37,286 nucleotides of DNA from a virus: positions 1-37,286 of the IMG/VR virus record IMGVR_UViG_3300045988_120328; one strand, written 5' to 3'. Made by a program: the position numbers and the translations under genes. The notes beneath the pieces were generated by a model. That model was not told where the DNA came from. It was given only the letters and a program-made list of their open reading frames with translations, and searched no databases. Positions 23,688 through 34,066 of this stretch are shown piece by piece (positions within the stretch are counted from its first letter, which is position 1; each line of letters starts with the position of its first letter).

Positions 23688-24078
23688 TGAGATGGCTGAG
23701 GCTTTACAGCACGCATTTCAGCAAGAAAGTCGCCGTGTTAATGAAGCCGCCAAGAGAGCCGTTAAGAAGACCGCAAAGGAAACCCGCAAGGTCGTCCAAG
23801 AACACTTCACGTTCAATACCCGCTCCGGCAAATATGCCAAGGCGCTTACAGTTAGTACCGAGTACGAGGACTCTTTCGACATTCGGCAGATAGTGAATTT
23901 CAAGAAGAATAAGCAGTATCTTCTCACACACCTGCTGGAGTATGGCCATGCTATGAAGCGTGGTGGCAGAACGCTTCCGTTTAAGGCGAAAGCTTATCCG
24001 CACATGATTTACGGACAAGAGTATGCCGAAGAAAAATTACCGGAAAACATCAGAAAGGAGATTGAGAAGTCGAAATGA
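23671..24078 (+). CDS. HK97 gp10-family tail-completion protein (135 aa)
   Basis: RSGKYAKALTV...THLLEYGHAMKRGGRTLPFKAKAYPHM. Confidence 0.65.
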   Translation: MSMSPDEMAEALQHAFQQESRRVNEAAKRAVKKTAKETRKVVQEHFTFNTRSGKYAKALTVSTEYEDSFDIRQIVNFKKNKQYLLTHLLEYGHAMKRGGRTLPFKAKAYPHMIYGQEYAEEKLPENIRKEIEKSK

Positions 24079-24401
24079 CATTGACAGAACTTATATCACT
24101 TTCGGGCATTCCTGCGGACAGGATTGCTAAGATAGATTTTCCAGTGGAAACGGAATTGCCGTTCGCAACATGGATAAACAAGACACCTCAGACGATATCT
24201 GCAGACGGAAGAACTGTCGCAGTTATCCCACGAATTGCAGTTGAAATATACTGCGAGCCGGAAGATGAAGAAACACATATCCTATTCGAGAACGCCCTTA
24301 TGGATAAGGGCATATGCTTCTCAGTTGCCGCAGGCTATCTGGGGCAGGATCAGCAAATGGATATGTGGGTATACGAATTCGATCGCAAGGAGGAATATTA
24401 A
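24075..24401 (+). CDS. Tail terminator-like protein (108 aa)
   Basis: Position immediately upstream of the major tail protein. The assignment rests on synteny only. Confidence 0.45.
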   Translation: MTLTELISLSGIPADRIAKIDFPVETELPFATWINKTPQTISADGRTVAVIPRIAVEIYCEPEDEETHILFENALMDKGICFSVAAGYLGQDQQMDMWVYEFDRKEEY

Positions 24402-25006
24402 TGAAAGGAACAGTGAAAGCCGTTGCCCATGCACTGATTACAGAGTCTACAGATGTCAGTGGTGCGACAACTATCACATATGGAGAACTTAAGTATCATA
24501 AGACAAAGCTTTCGGGCACCCGTCAGGTAAGCCTTGACCCGAAGTCATCAAGCAAGGAGATATGGGCTGACGGCGTAGTAGCATTCGCAGGTCAGACTAA
24601 TCAGGGCTACGAGGGAACTATCACTACCCTTGACCTGTGTGATGATCTTGAAAAAGACTGGTATGGCAATGTCATCGAAGAGAAAAACGGCACACTGGTC
24701 GAAGTAGCAAGAACAGGAGAAGCGCCAAAGTTCGGCTTGATCGTACAGTATGAGTCAACATCAGAAGCCGAGGGATACACCGAGGTCTTCCCATACTGCT
24801 ACACCACAGATCGTCCGAAGATTTTGGTTAAGACAGAGGAAGACAGCGGTATGGACTATGAGTATACAGAGCATAAGATTGCCTGCAAGCCGTCACCGGC
24901 TGAGGTTACTGTCGACAACAAGAAAGGACACATTGCACGTTTCCGTATAAAGGGTAACACAGTACTCACAAAGTTTCCTGAGTACACCTACACCCCGGGT
25001 GAATGA
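24401..25006 (+). CDS. Major tail protein (201 aa)
   Basis: GGAGGA precedes ATG 24401 (TAATG overlap with the upstream gene). It lies before the chaperone/TMP genes. Confidence 0.7.
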   Translation: MKGTVKAVAHALITESTDVSGATTITYGELKYHKTKLSGTRQVSLDPKSSSKEIWADGVVAFAGQTNQGYEGTITTLDLCDDLEKDWYGNVIEEKNGTLVEVARTGEAPKFGLIVQYESTSEAEGYTEVFPYCYTTDRPKILVKTEEDSGMDYEYTEHKIACKPSPAEVTVDNKKGHIARFRIKGNTVLTKFPEYTYTPGE

Positions 25007-25008
25007 CA

Positions 25009-25335
25009 ATGAGCAATACAATAGTCCTGACTATAGACAGCAGGCAGATAGGCTTCAAGGCTACAGCAGGTATGTTCTATCGCTATAAAGAAGCGTTCGG
25101 CACGGAGTACCTTGAGGACGTTGTCAAGGTACATCAGTTCGGTAAGGGCGCCTTTGTTCAACAGGTCGAATACCGCACCCTATGGGTGCTTGCCAAGACT
25201 TATGATGATAGCATACCGCCTATTCAGACGTGGCTTGACAGCTTCGCCTATGGTGCATTTCCTGTTGATGATATCTATAATCAGGTTATGCCTATACTGC
25301 AGGCAAACATGAAAGTTGACAGAAAAAATCCATAA
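25009..25335 (+). CDS. Tail assembly chaperone, G-like (0-frame product)
   Basis: Position between the major tail and tape measure genes. It ends 4 codons after the slippery A AAA AAT. Confidence 0.7.
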   Translation: MSNTIVLTIDSRQIGFKATAGMFYRYKEAFGTEYLEDVVKVHQFGKGAFVQQVEYRTLWVLAKTYDDSIPPIQTWLDSFAYGAFPVDDIYNQVMPILQANMKVDRKNP

Positions 25336-25640
25336 GCGGCAGTAAAAGCGGAGATGATCGGCCTCTCAAATCGGAGGAGGTCATCTCCCTTGTTATAAAC
25401 AGGGGTCTTACTGTCGCTGATTTAGACCGCATGACGTATGGTATGGTAGTGAACTATGCCTGCGCCTATGACCGACAGCGATTAATCGCCGCCGGCAAAA
25501 AGGTCATTGACCCCGAAATTAAATACGAAGAACTGAAAGCAAACCTGCCTGTTGTGGAAGAACGATATAAGCAGGGAAAAATCAGCAAAGAACGATATGA
25601 AAAGTATATTGCGAAAATAAAGGCATGGGAGGGTGAGTAA
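25009..25640 (+). CDS. Tail assembly chaperone GT-like fusion via -1 programmed frameshift at 25323-25329
   Basis: The -1 frame is open from 25320 to the TAA at 25638-25640. The heptamer a-aaa-aat lies in X XXY YYZ register with the 0-frame codons AGA AAA AAT. The track's 25431-25640 ORF is the distal part of this frame. Confidence 0.65.
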
Positions 25641-28600
25641 TGGCTAAGTCATCATCAGATGAGAAAATCAAAGGTATGTACGTCAAAATCGGTGGTGATA
25701 CGTCTGAGTATACTGCCGCCATGAAAGGGCTTAATGCCGATATCAATTCGACTACAAAAAATCTGAACAGCGTCAACAAACTCTTAAAGCTTGACCCGAC
25801 TAACGTTGAATACACCGCTCAGAAACAGAAGCTTTTGAGCGAAGCTATTGAAGCCACGAAGACAAAGCTTGATGTTCTTATCAGAAACGAGAAAGATATC
25901 AACGAGCAATATAAGAAAGGCGAGTTGCCCGTTGAGTCATATCTTAAGTATCAGGAAGAGCTTGAAAAGACCAAGAAGAAGCTGAACGCACTGCGAGATC
26001 AGACCAAGACCGCAGACGATAGCACCAAGGAGCTCGGCAATGAAGCCAAGGATACGTCAGATAAGGTCAAAGACCTTGGTGATAAAGCTGACCAGACAGG
26101 CAGTGTCTTCAAGGACGTTTTCTCTGCTAATCTTGCCGTTGAGGGGCTGAAAGCTATAGCTAATGCCGCCAAGGAAGCGGCGGAAAGTTGCACGCAAGTC
26201 GGCATTGACTTTTCCAGCTCTATGTCCAATGTGGCGGCGACAATGGGCATGACCGCAGAGCAGGTCAGCTCAGGCGCTGAGGACTATCAGAAGCTAGAGG
26301 ACGCCGCCCGTGAATGTGGCGAAACAACAAAGTATACCGCTTCGGAGTCCGCTGACGCTCTTAATTACTTGGCTCTTGCAGGATATGACGTAAATAAGGC
26401 GGTTGAAACACTGCCGAAAGTTCTTAATCTTGCCACTGCCTCAGGCATGGACCTTGCGTCCTGCACTGACATGGTAACAGATACTATGTCAGCACTACAG
26501 TTGCAGACGAGTGACCTTGACGGCTATATGGACATGATGGCCAAGACAGCCCAAAAATCTAATACCACAGTTGCTATGCTTGGTGAGGGCATTCTCCAGT
26601 GTGCCGGTACGGTCAAGTCCACAGGGCAGGACGTTGATACAATGTGCACCTCTCTTGGAATACTGGCGAACAACGGTATCAAGGGTGCAGAGGGCGGCAC
26701 ACATCTCAGAAATATGCTTTTGTCGTTAACATCACCGACAGACGTTGCTTCCACCAAGCTGAAAGAGCTGGGCGTAAGCGTGGCTGACAGTGAGGGAAAT
26801 ATCAGAGATATCAACGATATTTTCGGAGACCTTAACGCCAAGCTTTCCAAGCTCTCAGATGACCAGAAGACAAAGGCTTTAAGTGATATCTTCAATAAGA
26901 CTGATCTATCTTCCGTCAACGCCATGCTTCAAGGCATGAGCGGGTCTTTCGATGACCTGAAAGCTCAGGTAGATAACGCTGACGGAGCGTGTCAGACAAT
27001 GGCTGACACCATGAATAACAATCTTAAGGGCAAACTGGCTATAATGGACTCTTCCCTTGAATCCCTTGGCATAACTATTTTCGATAAATTCAGCGCCCCA
27101 CTCGAAGACGCCGCCGAAAAAGGCTCAGAGCTTTTCAGTGAACTTACCAAGGATATCAAAGATGGAGACCTCAGTGACGAATTCGACGATATGGGCAATG
27201 CCCTTGGAGATTTAGTCGAAACAGGCGCCAAGTTCGCCAAAGGTTCGTTGCCAATCCTCATTGACGGCATAAAGTTCTTCTGTGAACACTCTAACCTTGT
27301 TATTGGTGGACTGACGGGCATTGCAACAGCTATGCTGACACAAAAAGCCGTTACAACAGTATCTGCCGCCGTCACAGGTTTCAAAGAATTATCCTCAGCC
27401 GTGAAGTCAGCCAAGACCGCAACTGAAATGTTCAATGCAGTCAATGCGGCTACGCCATGGGGTGCAATTGCAACCCTAGCAGGCATTGCAGTTGGTGGTA
27501 TAGTCGCTTATGCTACGTCAGCAGACGACGCCGCTGACTCAACAAAAGTCCTCAGTGACGAAGAGCAGGCGTTAGTCGACAGCACGAATGAACTGACAGA
27601 CTCCATGAAGAAAGCCGCAGATCAGAGAGAAGAAGCCAAGACAGATATAGAAGCCGAGTATAGCAGCTATAAAAGTCTTGCAGATAGAATTTTTGAGCTT
27701 TCTGACGCCGAGAGCTTATCTAATGACGAGAAGTCAGAAATGAAAGCTCTTGTGGACCAGCTGAACAGTGCAATGCCTGACCTTAATCTTCAAATTGACG
27801 ATCAGACAGGCAAGCTTCTTAACAATAAAGACGCCGTCTATGAGTGCATAGAAGCGAAGAAAGAACAGCTTCTTGTCGAAGCAGCTCAGAAAGATATGGT
27901 CGCTATATCAGAAGACCTCTATAAGGCTGAGCAGAAGCGCAATGACATTGAGAAAGCAATCACGGAAAACAAGCAGGCTCAGGCTAAAGTTCAAGAAATA
28001 CTTGATAAAAGGGAAAACAAGTTTAAAGAATTTGACAGAACGGACAGCACAAAGCAGTGGAAGACCAAGCTTGAAGAGCTGAAGAAAGCTGGAGATGAGC
28101 TTCAGAATTCATACTATGATATCAATAGCGAACTGAAACGCTTGGACTCTAACTATGCTGACGCCTCCAAGTACGTTTCTGAGCATTCTTCTGCTCTCGA
28201 AGACAACTCAAAGGCCGTGGAGGACAATGCAAAAAAGGTCGATACGATCTATAACCGCACTGTTATGTACAAGGACGGACTTCATAAGGTATCACAAGAA
28301 ACTGTTGACGCAATAGTTGAGATGAATAAGAGCTATGACGAAGCCGTCCAGAAACGAACGGAAGAATTGCAGAACAATCTTAACCTCTTCGACGAATTCA
28401 ACGGCGGTGCTGAGATATCCGCAGAACAGCTTATGCAGAATTTGGAATCCAATCTTGACGGCATGGCAAGCTGGTCTGATGATATCAAGACGCTTGCAGA
28501 CAGAGGCGTGAATAAAGGTCTTATTAAGACCTTGCAGAAAGCAGGTCCGCAATCTGCAAGCAAGATAAAGGCGTTACTGTCCATGTCACAGCCTGAGTTG

Positions 28601-29269
28601 AAAAAGTACAGTGATATGTGGGAAGAGTGCATGGGTGACTGTAAGAAGATAGCGACATCAGAATTTGACAAGCTCAGGCAGCAGCATGATAAAACCATAA
28701 AGACGCTTTTAAAGCGTGACCAAATAAGCCAGATATCAGACGTATGGAAACAAACAGGTGCGGCAATGATGGTAGGTATGCAGCAAGGCATACTGTCTGC
28801 ACAGCAGTCTGTCATTGATACCGCAACAAGTGGAGCGAACGCAGTGCTTGCGGCGGTCAAGGGGGTATATGATATACACTCCCCTTCAAAGGCATTTGAA
28901 AATATATCGAAAATGAATGCGCAGGGTGAGATCCAAGGCTGGAAGTCATCAGAGGACGATATCATCAAAGCCTATACCAATACTGGTGACAAGATACTGT
29001 CAGAGAATATGCGAAATACATACAGCGATACGAATAGGGTCGCAAGGTCGGTATATAATGGATCATATACCCACAGTATCACGCAGAAAGCAGCAACAAG
29101 CGCCACAGAAAACACGCAGGTCGTCCCAACAGTCAGACAAATGCCCGAGACTATTCATAACGTGATAGTATTCCCGAATGGGAAAGTGATTGCAGAGGAA
29201 ACAGTTCCATTTATAGATGTAATGCTTGGCGAAAGAGCTGCAAGAAAGAAAAGAGGTAGTGCAGTATGA
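25640..29269 (+). CDS. Tape measure protein (1209 aa)
   Basis: The size fits. The TP901-type core reads MGMTAEQVSS..YTASESADALNYLALAGYDVNKAVETLPKVLNLATASGMDL, followed by hydrophobic segments and a coiled coil. Confidence 0.9.
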   Translation: MAKSSSDEKIKGMYVKIGGDTSEYTAAMKGLNADINSTTKNLNSVNKLLKLDPTNVEYTAQKQKLLSEAIEATKTKLDVLIRNEKDINEQYKKGELPVESYLKYQEELEKTKKKLNALRDQTKTADDSTKELGNEAKDTSDKVKDLGDKADQTGSVFKDVFSANLAVEGLKAIANAAKEAAESCTQVGIDFSSSMSNVAATMGMTAEQVSSGAEDYQKLEDAARECGETTKYTASESADALNYLALAGYDVNKAVETLPKVLNLATASGMDLASCTDMVTDTMSALQLQTSDLDGYMDMMAKTAQKSNTTVAMLGEGILQCAGTVKSTGQDVDTMCTSLGILANNGIKGAEGGTHLRNMLLSLTSPTDVASTKLKELGVSVADSEGNIRDINDIFGDLNAKLSKLSDDQKTKALSDIFNKTDLSSVNAMLQGMSGSFDDLKAQVDNADGACQTMADTMNNNLKGKLAIMDSSLESLGITIFDKFSAPLEDAAEKGSELFSELTKDIKDGDLSDEFDDMGNALGDLVETGAKFAKGSLPILIDGIKFFCEHSNLVIGGLTGIATAMLTQKAVTTVSAAVTGFKELSSAVKSAKTATEMFNAVNAATPWGAIATLAGIAVGGIVAYATSADDAADSTKVLSDEEQALVDSTNELTDSMKKAADQREEAKTDIEAEYSSYKSLADRIFELSDAESLSNDEKSEMKALVDQLNSAMPDLNLQIDDQTGKLLNNKDAVYECIEAKKEQLLVEAAQKDMVAISEDLYKAEQKRNDIEKAITENKQAQAKVQEILDKRENKFKEFDRTDSTKQWKTKLEELKKAGDELQNSYYDINSELKRLDSNYADASKYVSEHSSALEDNSKAVEDNAKKVDTIYNRTVMYKDGLHKVSQETVDAIVEMNKSYDEAVQKRTEELQNNLNLFDEFNGGAEISAEQLMQNLESNLDGMASWSDDIKTLADRGVNKGLIKTLQKAGPQSASKIKALLSMSQPELKKYSDMWEECMGDCKKIATSEFDKLRQQHDKTIKTLLKRDQISQISDVWKQTGAAMMVGMQQGILSAQQSVIDTATSGANAVLAAVKGVYDIHSPSKAFENISKMNAQGEIQGWKSSEDDIIKAYTNTGDKILSENMRNTYSDTNRVARSVYNGSYTHSITQKAATSATENTQVVPTVRQMPETIHNVIVFPNGKVIAEETVPFIDVMLGERAARKKRGSAV

Positions 29270-30036
29270 CACGACAAATCAGATTTAATGGCAAAAAGTC
29301 GTATGAGGATTTTAAAATCAGAATAATCAGTGCAACAGTTGCAGAGCCGAAGAAGCGTGAGATCAAAGTGACTGTACCTTATCGCAACGGCAGTATTGAT
29401 CTGTCTGACTATGACGGCAATTTTTATTTTGACGACACCGAAGTATCATACAAGATGTTCGTATCTGATACAGAACCTGTCACACTGCTCCGCAGGATTG
29501 AGAAGATCAAGAGCTGGTTATGTGAAGCTCCACAGCAGAATATTTATGACAACTATTCCGAGAACTATCATTTTGTCGGCAAGTGTAGAACTCTTGAGAC
29601 CAGCCTTGGTGAAGATGACATAACAGCTACTCTCGAGGTCACATTCGATGTAGCACCATATAAGGTCTCTGACGACTTTGCAGACACAGCGTGGGACACT
29701 TTTTCATTCGATGATGATTGCCTCAATCAAATGCCTCTCTCCTGCATAGCACACAAAGACGGCTATCATTCCCAACCGGGGGTACTATACTTCTATTCTT
29801 ATGCCAAAGATGACATAGTTCCGAGCTTAAGGTATCACAAAAATGCTAACGATAAGGACAAACGAGGATTGACAATGCTTGATCTCAACGGTCATACCCT
29901 CACAGAAAACCTATACAAAGAAACTGAATCAACGTTTAGAATGCAAAATTTCGTCGTCAAACCTGGCACAAATGTCTTAGCTCTATACGGATCTGGTTCA
30001 CTTGAAATCGAACTGGTGGAGGAAATACTATGTTAG
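29266..30036 (+). CDS. Distal tail protein (Dit, siphovirus tail family, 256 aa)
   Basis: It lies immediately after the TMP. The N-terminal IRFNGKKSYEDFKIRIIS...VTVPYRNGSIDLS is typical of Dit. Confidence 0.65.
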   Translation: MTRQIRFNGKKSYEDFKIRIISATVAEPKKREIKVTVPYRNGSIDLSDYDGNFYFDDTEVSYKMFVSDTEPVTLLRRIEKIKSWLCEAPQQNIYDNYSENYHFVGKCRTLETSLGEDDITATLEVTFDVAPYKVSDDFADTAWDTFSFDDDCLNQMPLSCIAHKDGYHSQPGVLYFYSYAKDDIVPSLRYHKNANDKDKRGLTMLDLNGHTLTENLYKETESTFRMQNFVVKPGTNVLALYGSGSLEIELVEEILC

Positions 30037-31097
30037 TTACACTCGATGATGCAAAGACGCTTCACGAAACTGGTTCTGTCAGAACCAACAAGCTGACAGG
30101 AACCATCGCCAAAGAAATAAACGCTATTGACACATTTACGTTCAACATATATCCCGACAACAGCTACTACTCCGATTTAAAGGAACTGACATCGTTGATA
30201 AAGGTTTACGACAAGGAAAGTCTGATATTCGATGGCAGAGTACTGACGATATCACCATACATGACTGATAGTGGCGAGATTGGCAAGCAAGTTGTCTGCG
30301 AGGGCGGTTTGTGTTTTCTGAAAGATAGTGTACCAATTATCAAACAGCTAAAGTGCACAATAAGAACGTATATAGCCACACTACTTTCAGCACACAATAA
30401 ATCTGTTGAAAGCTACAAGCAGATACATATTGGCAATATTAACTGTTCACAAGTGCAGCATACATTTAATCCAGGATATGAAGACACGTTCTCAGAACTG
30501 ACGAAAAACCTGATTTTCGGTGAAGATATCAGAGGTGAAATGAGGGTGCGCATCGGCAAAGGAGGCATTAGATTTTTCGACTTCATAGCAAACGAATTTT
30601 CAGAGTTCAGCAATAAAACGATACAACTAGGAAGGAATATGCGATCTATCACGCAGGCGATAGACCCAAGTGAGATCATCACAAGACTGTATCCGTTAGG
30701 TGCTGTCATCAACGATGATACGGGCGAACGTGTGACGCTTTCGGGAGCAACGAAGTATATTGACAATGACCAGCTGATAAAGCGGTACGGAGTACACGCT
30801 GGAACTATGGTATTCGACAATATCACCACTCCAGGCGCATTGTCTGGAGCCGGCAGAGTATGTGCCGGAGCACTAAAAGCAGCAAAAGTTCAGTATGAGG
30901 TATCGGCTATTGACATTGATAAGAAGCTAGACGGCTTTGCAGTTGGCTGCAGGTATCGCGTAGTCAATAGCTACCTTGGCATCGACGAGGTATTGAGGTG
31001 CATCGGCACCAGCATCGACATCAATGACAGATCACAGAATGTGCTGACATTTGGCGACAAGATTGACACGATTAGTGGAATGTCAGCAAGAAAATAG
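30030..31097 (+). CDS. Tail-associated protein (Tal N-terminal / prophage tail endopeptidase-like domain, 355 aa)
   Basis: Synteny after Dit. Contains ...INAIDTFTFNIYPDNSYYSDLKELTSLIKVYDKESLIFDGRVL. Confidence 0.6.
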   Translation: MLVTLDDAKTLHETGSVRTNKLTGTIAKEINAIDTFTFNIYPDNSYYSDLKELTSLIKVYDKESLIFDGRVLTISPYMTDSGEIGKQVVCEGGLCFLKDSVPIIKQLKCTIRTYIATLLSAHNKSVESYKQIHIGNINCSQVQHTFNPGYEDTFSELTKNLIFGEDIRGEMRVRIGKGGIRFFDFIANEFSEFSNKTIQLGRNMRSITQAIDPSEIITRLYPLGAVINDDTGERVTLSGATKYIDNDQLIKRYGVHAGTMVFDNITTPGALSGAGRVCAGALKAAKVQYEVSAIDIDKKLDGFAVGCRYRVVNSYLGIDEVLRCIGTSIDINDRSQNVLTFGDKIDTISGMSARK

Positions 31098-31108
31098 GAG
31101 AAATGATT

Positions 31109-31498
31109 ATGGCAAAAGCAATTGATATAAGTTTAGAGGTCACACAGGTGGCAACAGCATATACAGGTCGAGACGTCCGACAGGCTATTGTCGACGCATT
31201 GAACGCCACACAGAACGCAATCAATGAAATGAATATGCCAGCAGGATCTCAGACCCTTATCGTACCGTCAGAGACGGCACTGGCCACAACGACTTTGAAC
31301 CTGCCGTTCACACCGACTCAGAACACGCAAATCATCTGTAGTCTGCGGGAGGTGTCGGCACCAAAAGCGAGAAGGCTGTGTGTAGAAACATTTTTCACAA
31401 GCAACAATTTGATAGTAGCGCTGACGAACGCAGAAAGTGCAAGTGCTACCGTTCCACAGGGTGAATATATTATTGACTGGATCGTAACAAAGCCATAG
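31109..31498 (+). CDS. Hypothetical tail/baseplate accessory protein (129 aa)
   Basis: AGGAG lies 8 nt before ATG 31109. The assignment is by position only. Confidence 0.55.
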   Translation: MAKAIDISLEVTQVATAYTGRDVRQAIVDALNATQNAINEMNMPAGSQTLIVPSETALATTTLNLPFTPTQNTQIICSLREVSAPKARRLCVETFFTSNNLIVALTNAESASATVPQGEYIIDWIVTKP

Positions 31499-31513
31499 AA
31501 AGGAGGAATATCA

Positions 31514-34066
31514 ATGCACATAAAAATCAACGAAGACTACAATGTAGTCGTGAGCACAGCCCTACTGGGCTATGTCGGTGAAACGAATGCTAGACCTGTG
31601 TCGGTCGAAGGGCTGACAGTAGACGGTGCAGACCGCTATGTGCTATCCATAGACTACGGCGATGGCACTGTCTACGAGGTCGATATTACAGGCGGACAGT
31701 GGACACCAACGTCTGATATACTGCGGTCAGCGCAGACAGTCAGCTGCCAGATAGCGGCGAAGAAGCTGTCAGGCGACGAGTATATTTTAGTTAAAAAATC
31801 ACGAATTTTTCGACTGCGAATAGGGGCGGCTATCGGTGATACAGCTATCCCGTCACCAAGTGTGGCAGCTGACGCACTGGATAGGATATCGGCAATCGGT
31901 GAACAGGTCGAAGCTGACGTGGAAAGGGCTGAGAATGCAGCTAGCACGGCTATGCAGGCGGCTGAAAACGCAAAAAAATCTGCCACAGCCGCAGAGAAAT
32001 CAGCCAACACGGCAACGCAGGCGGCAAGCCGAGCTGAGACCGCACAGGCATCTGCAGAAACGTCCGCAACGCAGGCAGAAACCGCCATGCAGGGTGCAGA
32101 AACCGCACGTGCTGAGGCAGTCAAGTCTCAGAACGCCGCCAAGATATCCGCAGCGCAGGCATCTGCATCGGCACAGCAGACCACAGCCGACAAAACAATA
32201 ACGGCAGGTTATGCAAAAACCGCCAAGACCTGTGCTGACAGCACTGCAGCGGACAGACAGGCGGTGCAAACGTTGGCAGAACAGGTGACAGCCGATAAGG
32301 CTACAGTGGCAGACCATGCCGCTAAGGTTGCAGAGGACAGAACAGCCGCTGAAACTGCTGCACAGACAGCACAGGCGGTGGCTGACAGCCTGCCTGAAGA
32401 CTACACAACAGCTGTTGGAAAGATTGCCGAGAATACAGCTGATATAGCTAGTATAAAACTAAATGATAAGGAAATGAAACGTAGGGTAGATGCTTTGTAT
32501 GATATAGGACAGGGTATCACCCATAAGTTTGAAACTGATAGTGATACGGCATACGCAAAGACAGTGCCTACGGGGGCAAAGCTGATGAGTGTGAAGTCTG
32601 TGGGTGGTAGGTCAATTGTTTGGAATCAGTTGGTTAAACCAGTGCCTGCTGTAGTCACAGGTGCAGGTGTAAAGGCTACGTTTTCTGACGATGGCATTAT
32701 TACACTGAACGGAACGGCTACCACAACAGGTAGTGCAGTTTCTGTGCAACCTGTTAAAAACCAAAAAGGGCATAAATATCTAATGATTGCAAACCCATTG
32801 TCAGGTGTTTATGGAAAAGATCAATTGCAGTTTAGTTCGCAATCATATGGACAGGATTCTACAGGCCACGGGACTATAATCACCAATGAAAGTAGCAATG
32901 AAAAATGGTACTACACGTTATATGTGTATGAGGGCGTTACATATGATAACGTTAAACTACAACCACAGATTTTCGATTTAACCGCCATGTTTGGTTCAGG
33001 AAATGAACCTAGCACAGTGGAAGAATTTGAGAAAATGTTCCCTGCCGATTACTACCCATATAATGCTGGCGAGATTATTAGTGCCGATACAGAGAGCATT
33101 ATAGAGCAGGGAGCTAACCTGTATTATGGCACTGATATGCTGAAATGCGGCAGTGATGACTATGAATACATTGCAAATAGTTATCGTTGTAAGGCGATAA
33201 AATTAAAACCTAACACCACGTACACATTAAGTTTTACTTCTGATAAAACCAGTGAGATAATACTTCTAATGAATGTGAATACTGTTGTAAATTCACAGCC
33301 GTATTTGGATTTTAGAAAAACATCAGACAATCGGTCATACAGAACAGGAGATAACGGATGTTTATATGTAGGTGTATATGCTGGCAATGGTAATGTTGCA
33401 TCGGCTGACGTTGTTAAACGACTATCTGAGTGTAAAATCATGATATCGGAGGGCGACACCCCGACAGCCTACGCCCCTTTCCACCGCAACGAGTATGCAA
33501 TCCCCGAAGCTATCAAGGCACTGCCTGGCTACGGCTGGTCGGCAGGAACGGCACGAAACTACGTGGACTATGAAAATAAACGATACGTTCAGTGCGTACA
33601 AAGCGTTGATTTGGGAACGCTAAGTTGGCGTGTCGGTGATAGTGTGTCGTTTAAGACGTTTCAACTAACAGGGCAGAAATTGACCAAAAATTATGATATT
33701 GCACCAAACATCCTCTGTTCAAAATATCCGACAAAAACGCAAAACGAACTGTGGGGCAAAATCAATGTAACAGGCATAACGACCGCTGCAAACGTTGACG
33801 GATATGTATACCTGAATGACACCGCCTACACCGATGCAGCTGCATTCCAGCAGGCAATGCAGGGTGTAATGCTATATTACGAATTGGAATCCCCAATCGT
33901 CACCGACATTTCAACCCTGATTGATGATGATTTCCTGCGAAATATCGAAGTCGAAGCAGGCGGTTCGGTGACATTCAAAAACAGCAATGGCGACAGCTAT
34001 CGCATACCTGTGCCGTCAGAAGAAGAATATATCGTGAAACTGTCAGAAGTGGGGGGTACAACATGA
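31514..34066 (+). CDS. Tail fibre / receptor-binding protein (850 aa) with an Ala-rich repetitive coiled region
   Basis: Residues about 130-290 are AENAASTAMQAAENAKKSATAAEKSANTATQAASRAETAQASAETSATQAETA... It is the last large structural gene before the lysis cassette. Confidence 0.75.
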   Translation: MHIKINEDYNVVVSTALLGYVGETNARPVSVEGLTVDGADRYVLSIDYGDGTVYEVDITGGQWTPTSDILRSAQTVSCQIAAKKLSGDEYILVKKSRIFRLRIGAAIGDTAIPSPSVAADALDRISAIGEQVEADVERAENAASTAMQAAENAKKSATAAEKSANTATQAASRAETAQASAETSATQAETAMQGAETARAEAVKSQNAAKISAAQASASAQQTTADKTITAGYAKTAKTCADSTAADRQAVQTLAEQVTADKATVADHAAKVAEDRTAAETAAQTAQAVADSLPEDYTTAVGKIAENTADIASIKLNDKEMKRRVDALYDIGQGITHKFETDSDTAYAKTVPTGAKLMSVKSVGGRSIVWNQLVKPVPAVVTGAGVKATFSDDGIITLNGTATTTGSAVSVQPVKNQKGHKYLMIANPLSGVYGKDQLQFSSQSYGQDSTGHGTIITNESSNEKWYYTLYVYEGVTYDNVKLQPQIFDLTAMFGSGNEPSTVEEFEKMFPADYYPYNAGEIISADTESIIEQGANLYYGTDMLKCGSDDYEYIANSYRCKAIKLKPNTTYTLSFTSDKTSEIILLMNVNTVVNSQPYLDFRKTSDNRSYRTGDNGCLYVGVYAGNGNVASADVVKRLSECKIMISEGDTPTAYAPFHRNEYAIPEAIKALPGYGWSAGTARNYVDYENKRYVQCVQSVDLGTLSWRVGDSVSFKTFQLTGQKLTKNYDIAPNILCSKYPTKTQNELWGKINVTGITTAANVDGYVYLNDTAYTDAAAFQQAMQGVMLYYELESPIVTDISTLIDDDFLRNIEVEAGGSVTFKNSNGDSYRIPVPSEEEYIVKLSEVGGTT

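Noticed and set aside
25999-28968. Minus-strand ORFs inside the tape measure gene (for example 26524-26925, 26992-27486, 28333-28968)
   Set aside because: Long antisense frames are expected in Ala/Ser/Leu-rich coiled-coil genes. They lack SD sites and cannot coexist with the 1209-aa TMP.
31672-32317. Alternative-frame and antisense ORFs in the Ala-rich part of the fibre gene (31672-32124, 31836-32201, 32000-32317)
   Set aside because: They are artefacts of GCN-rich repetitive sequence with no stops in several frames.
31514-34066. Diversity-generating retroelement targeting the fibre C-terminus
   Set aside because: No reverse transcriptase gene and no template or variable repeat pair was seen anywhere in the genome.
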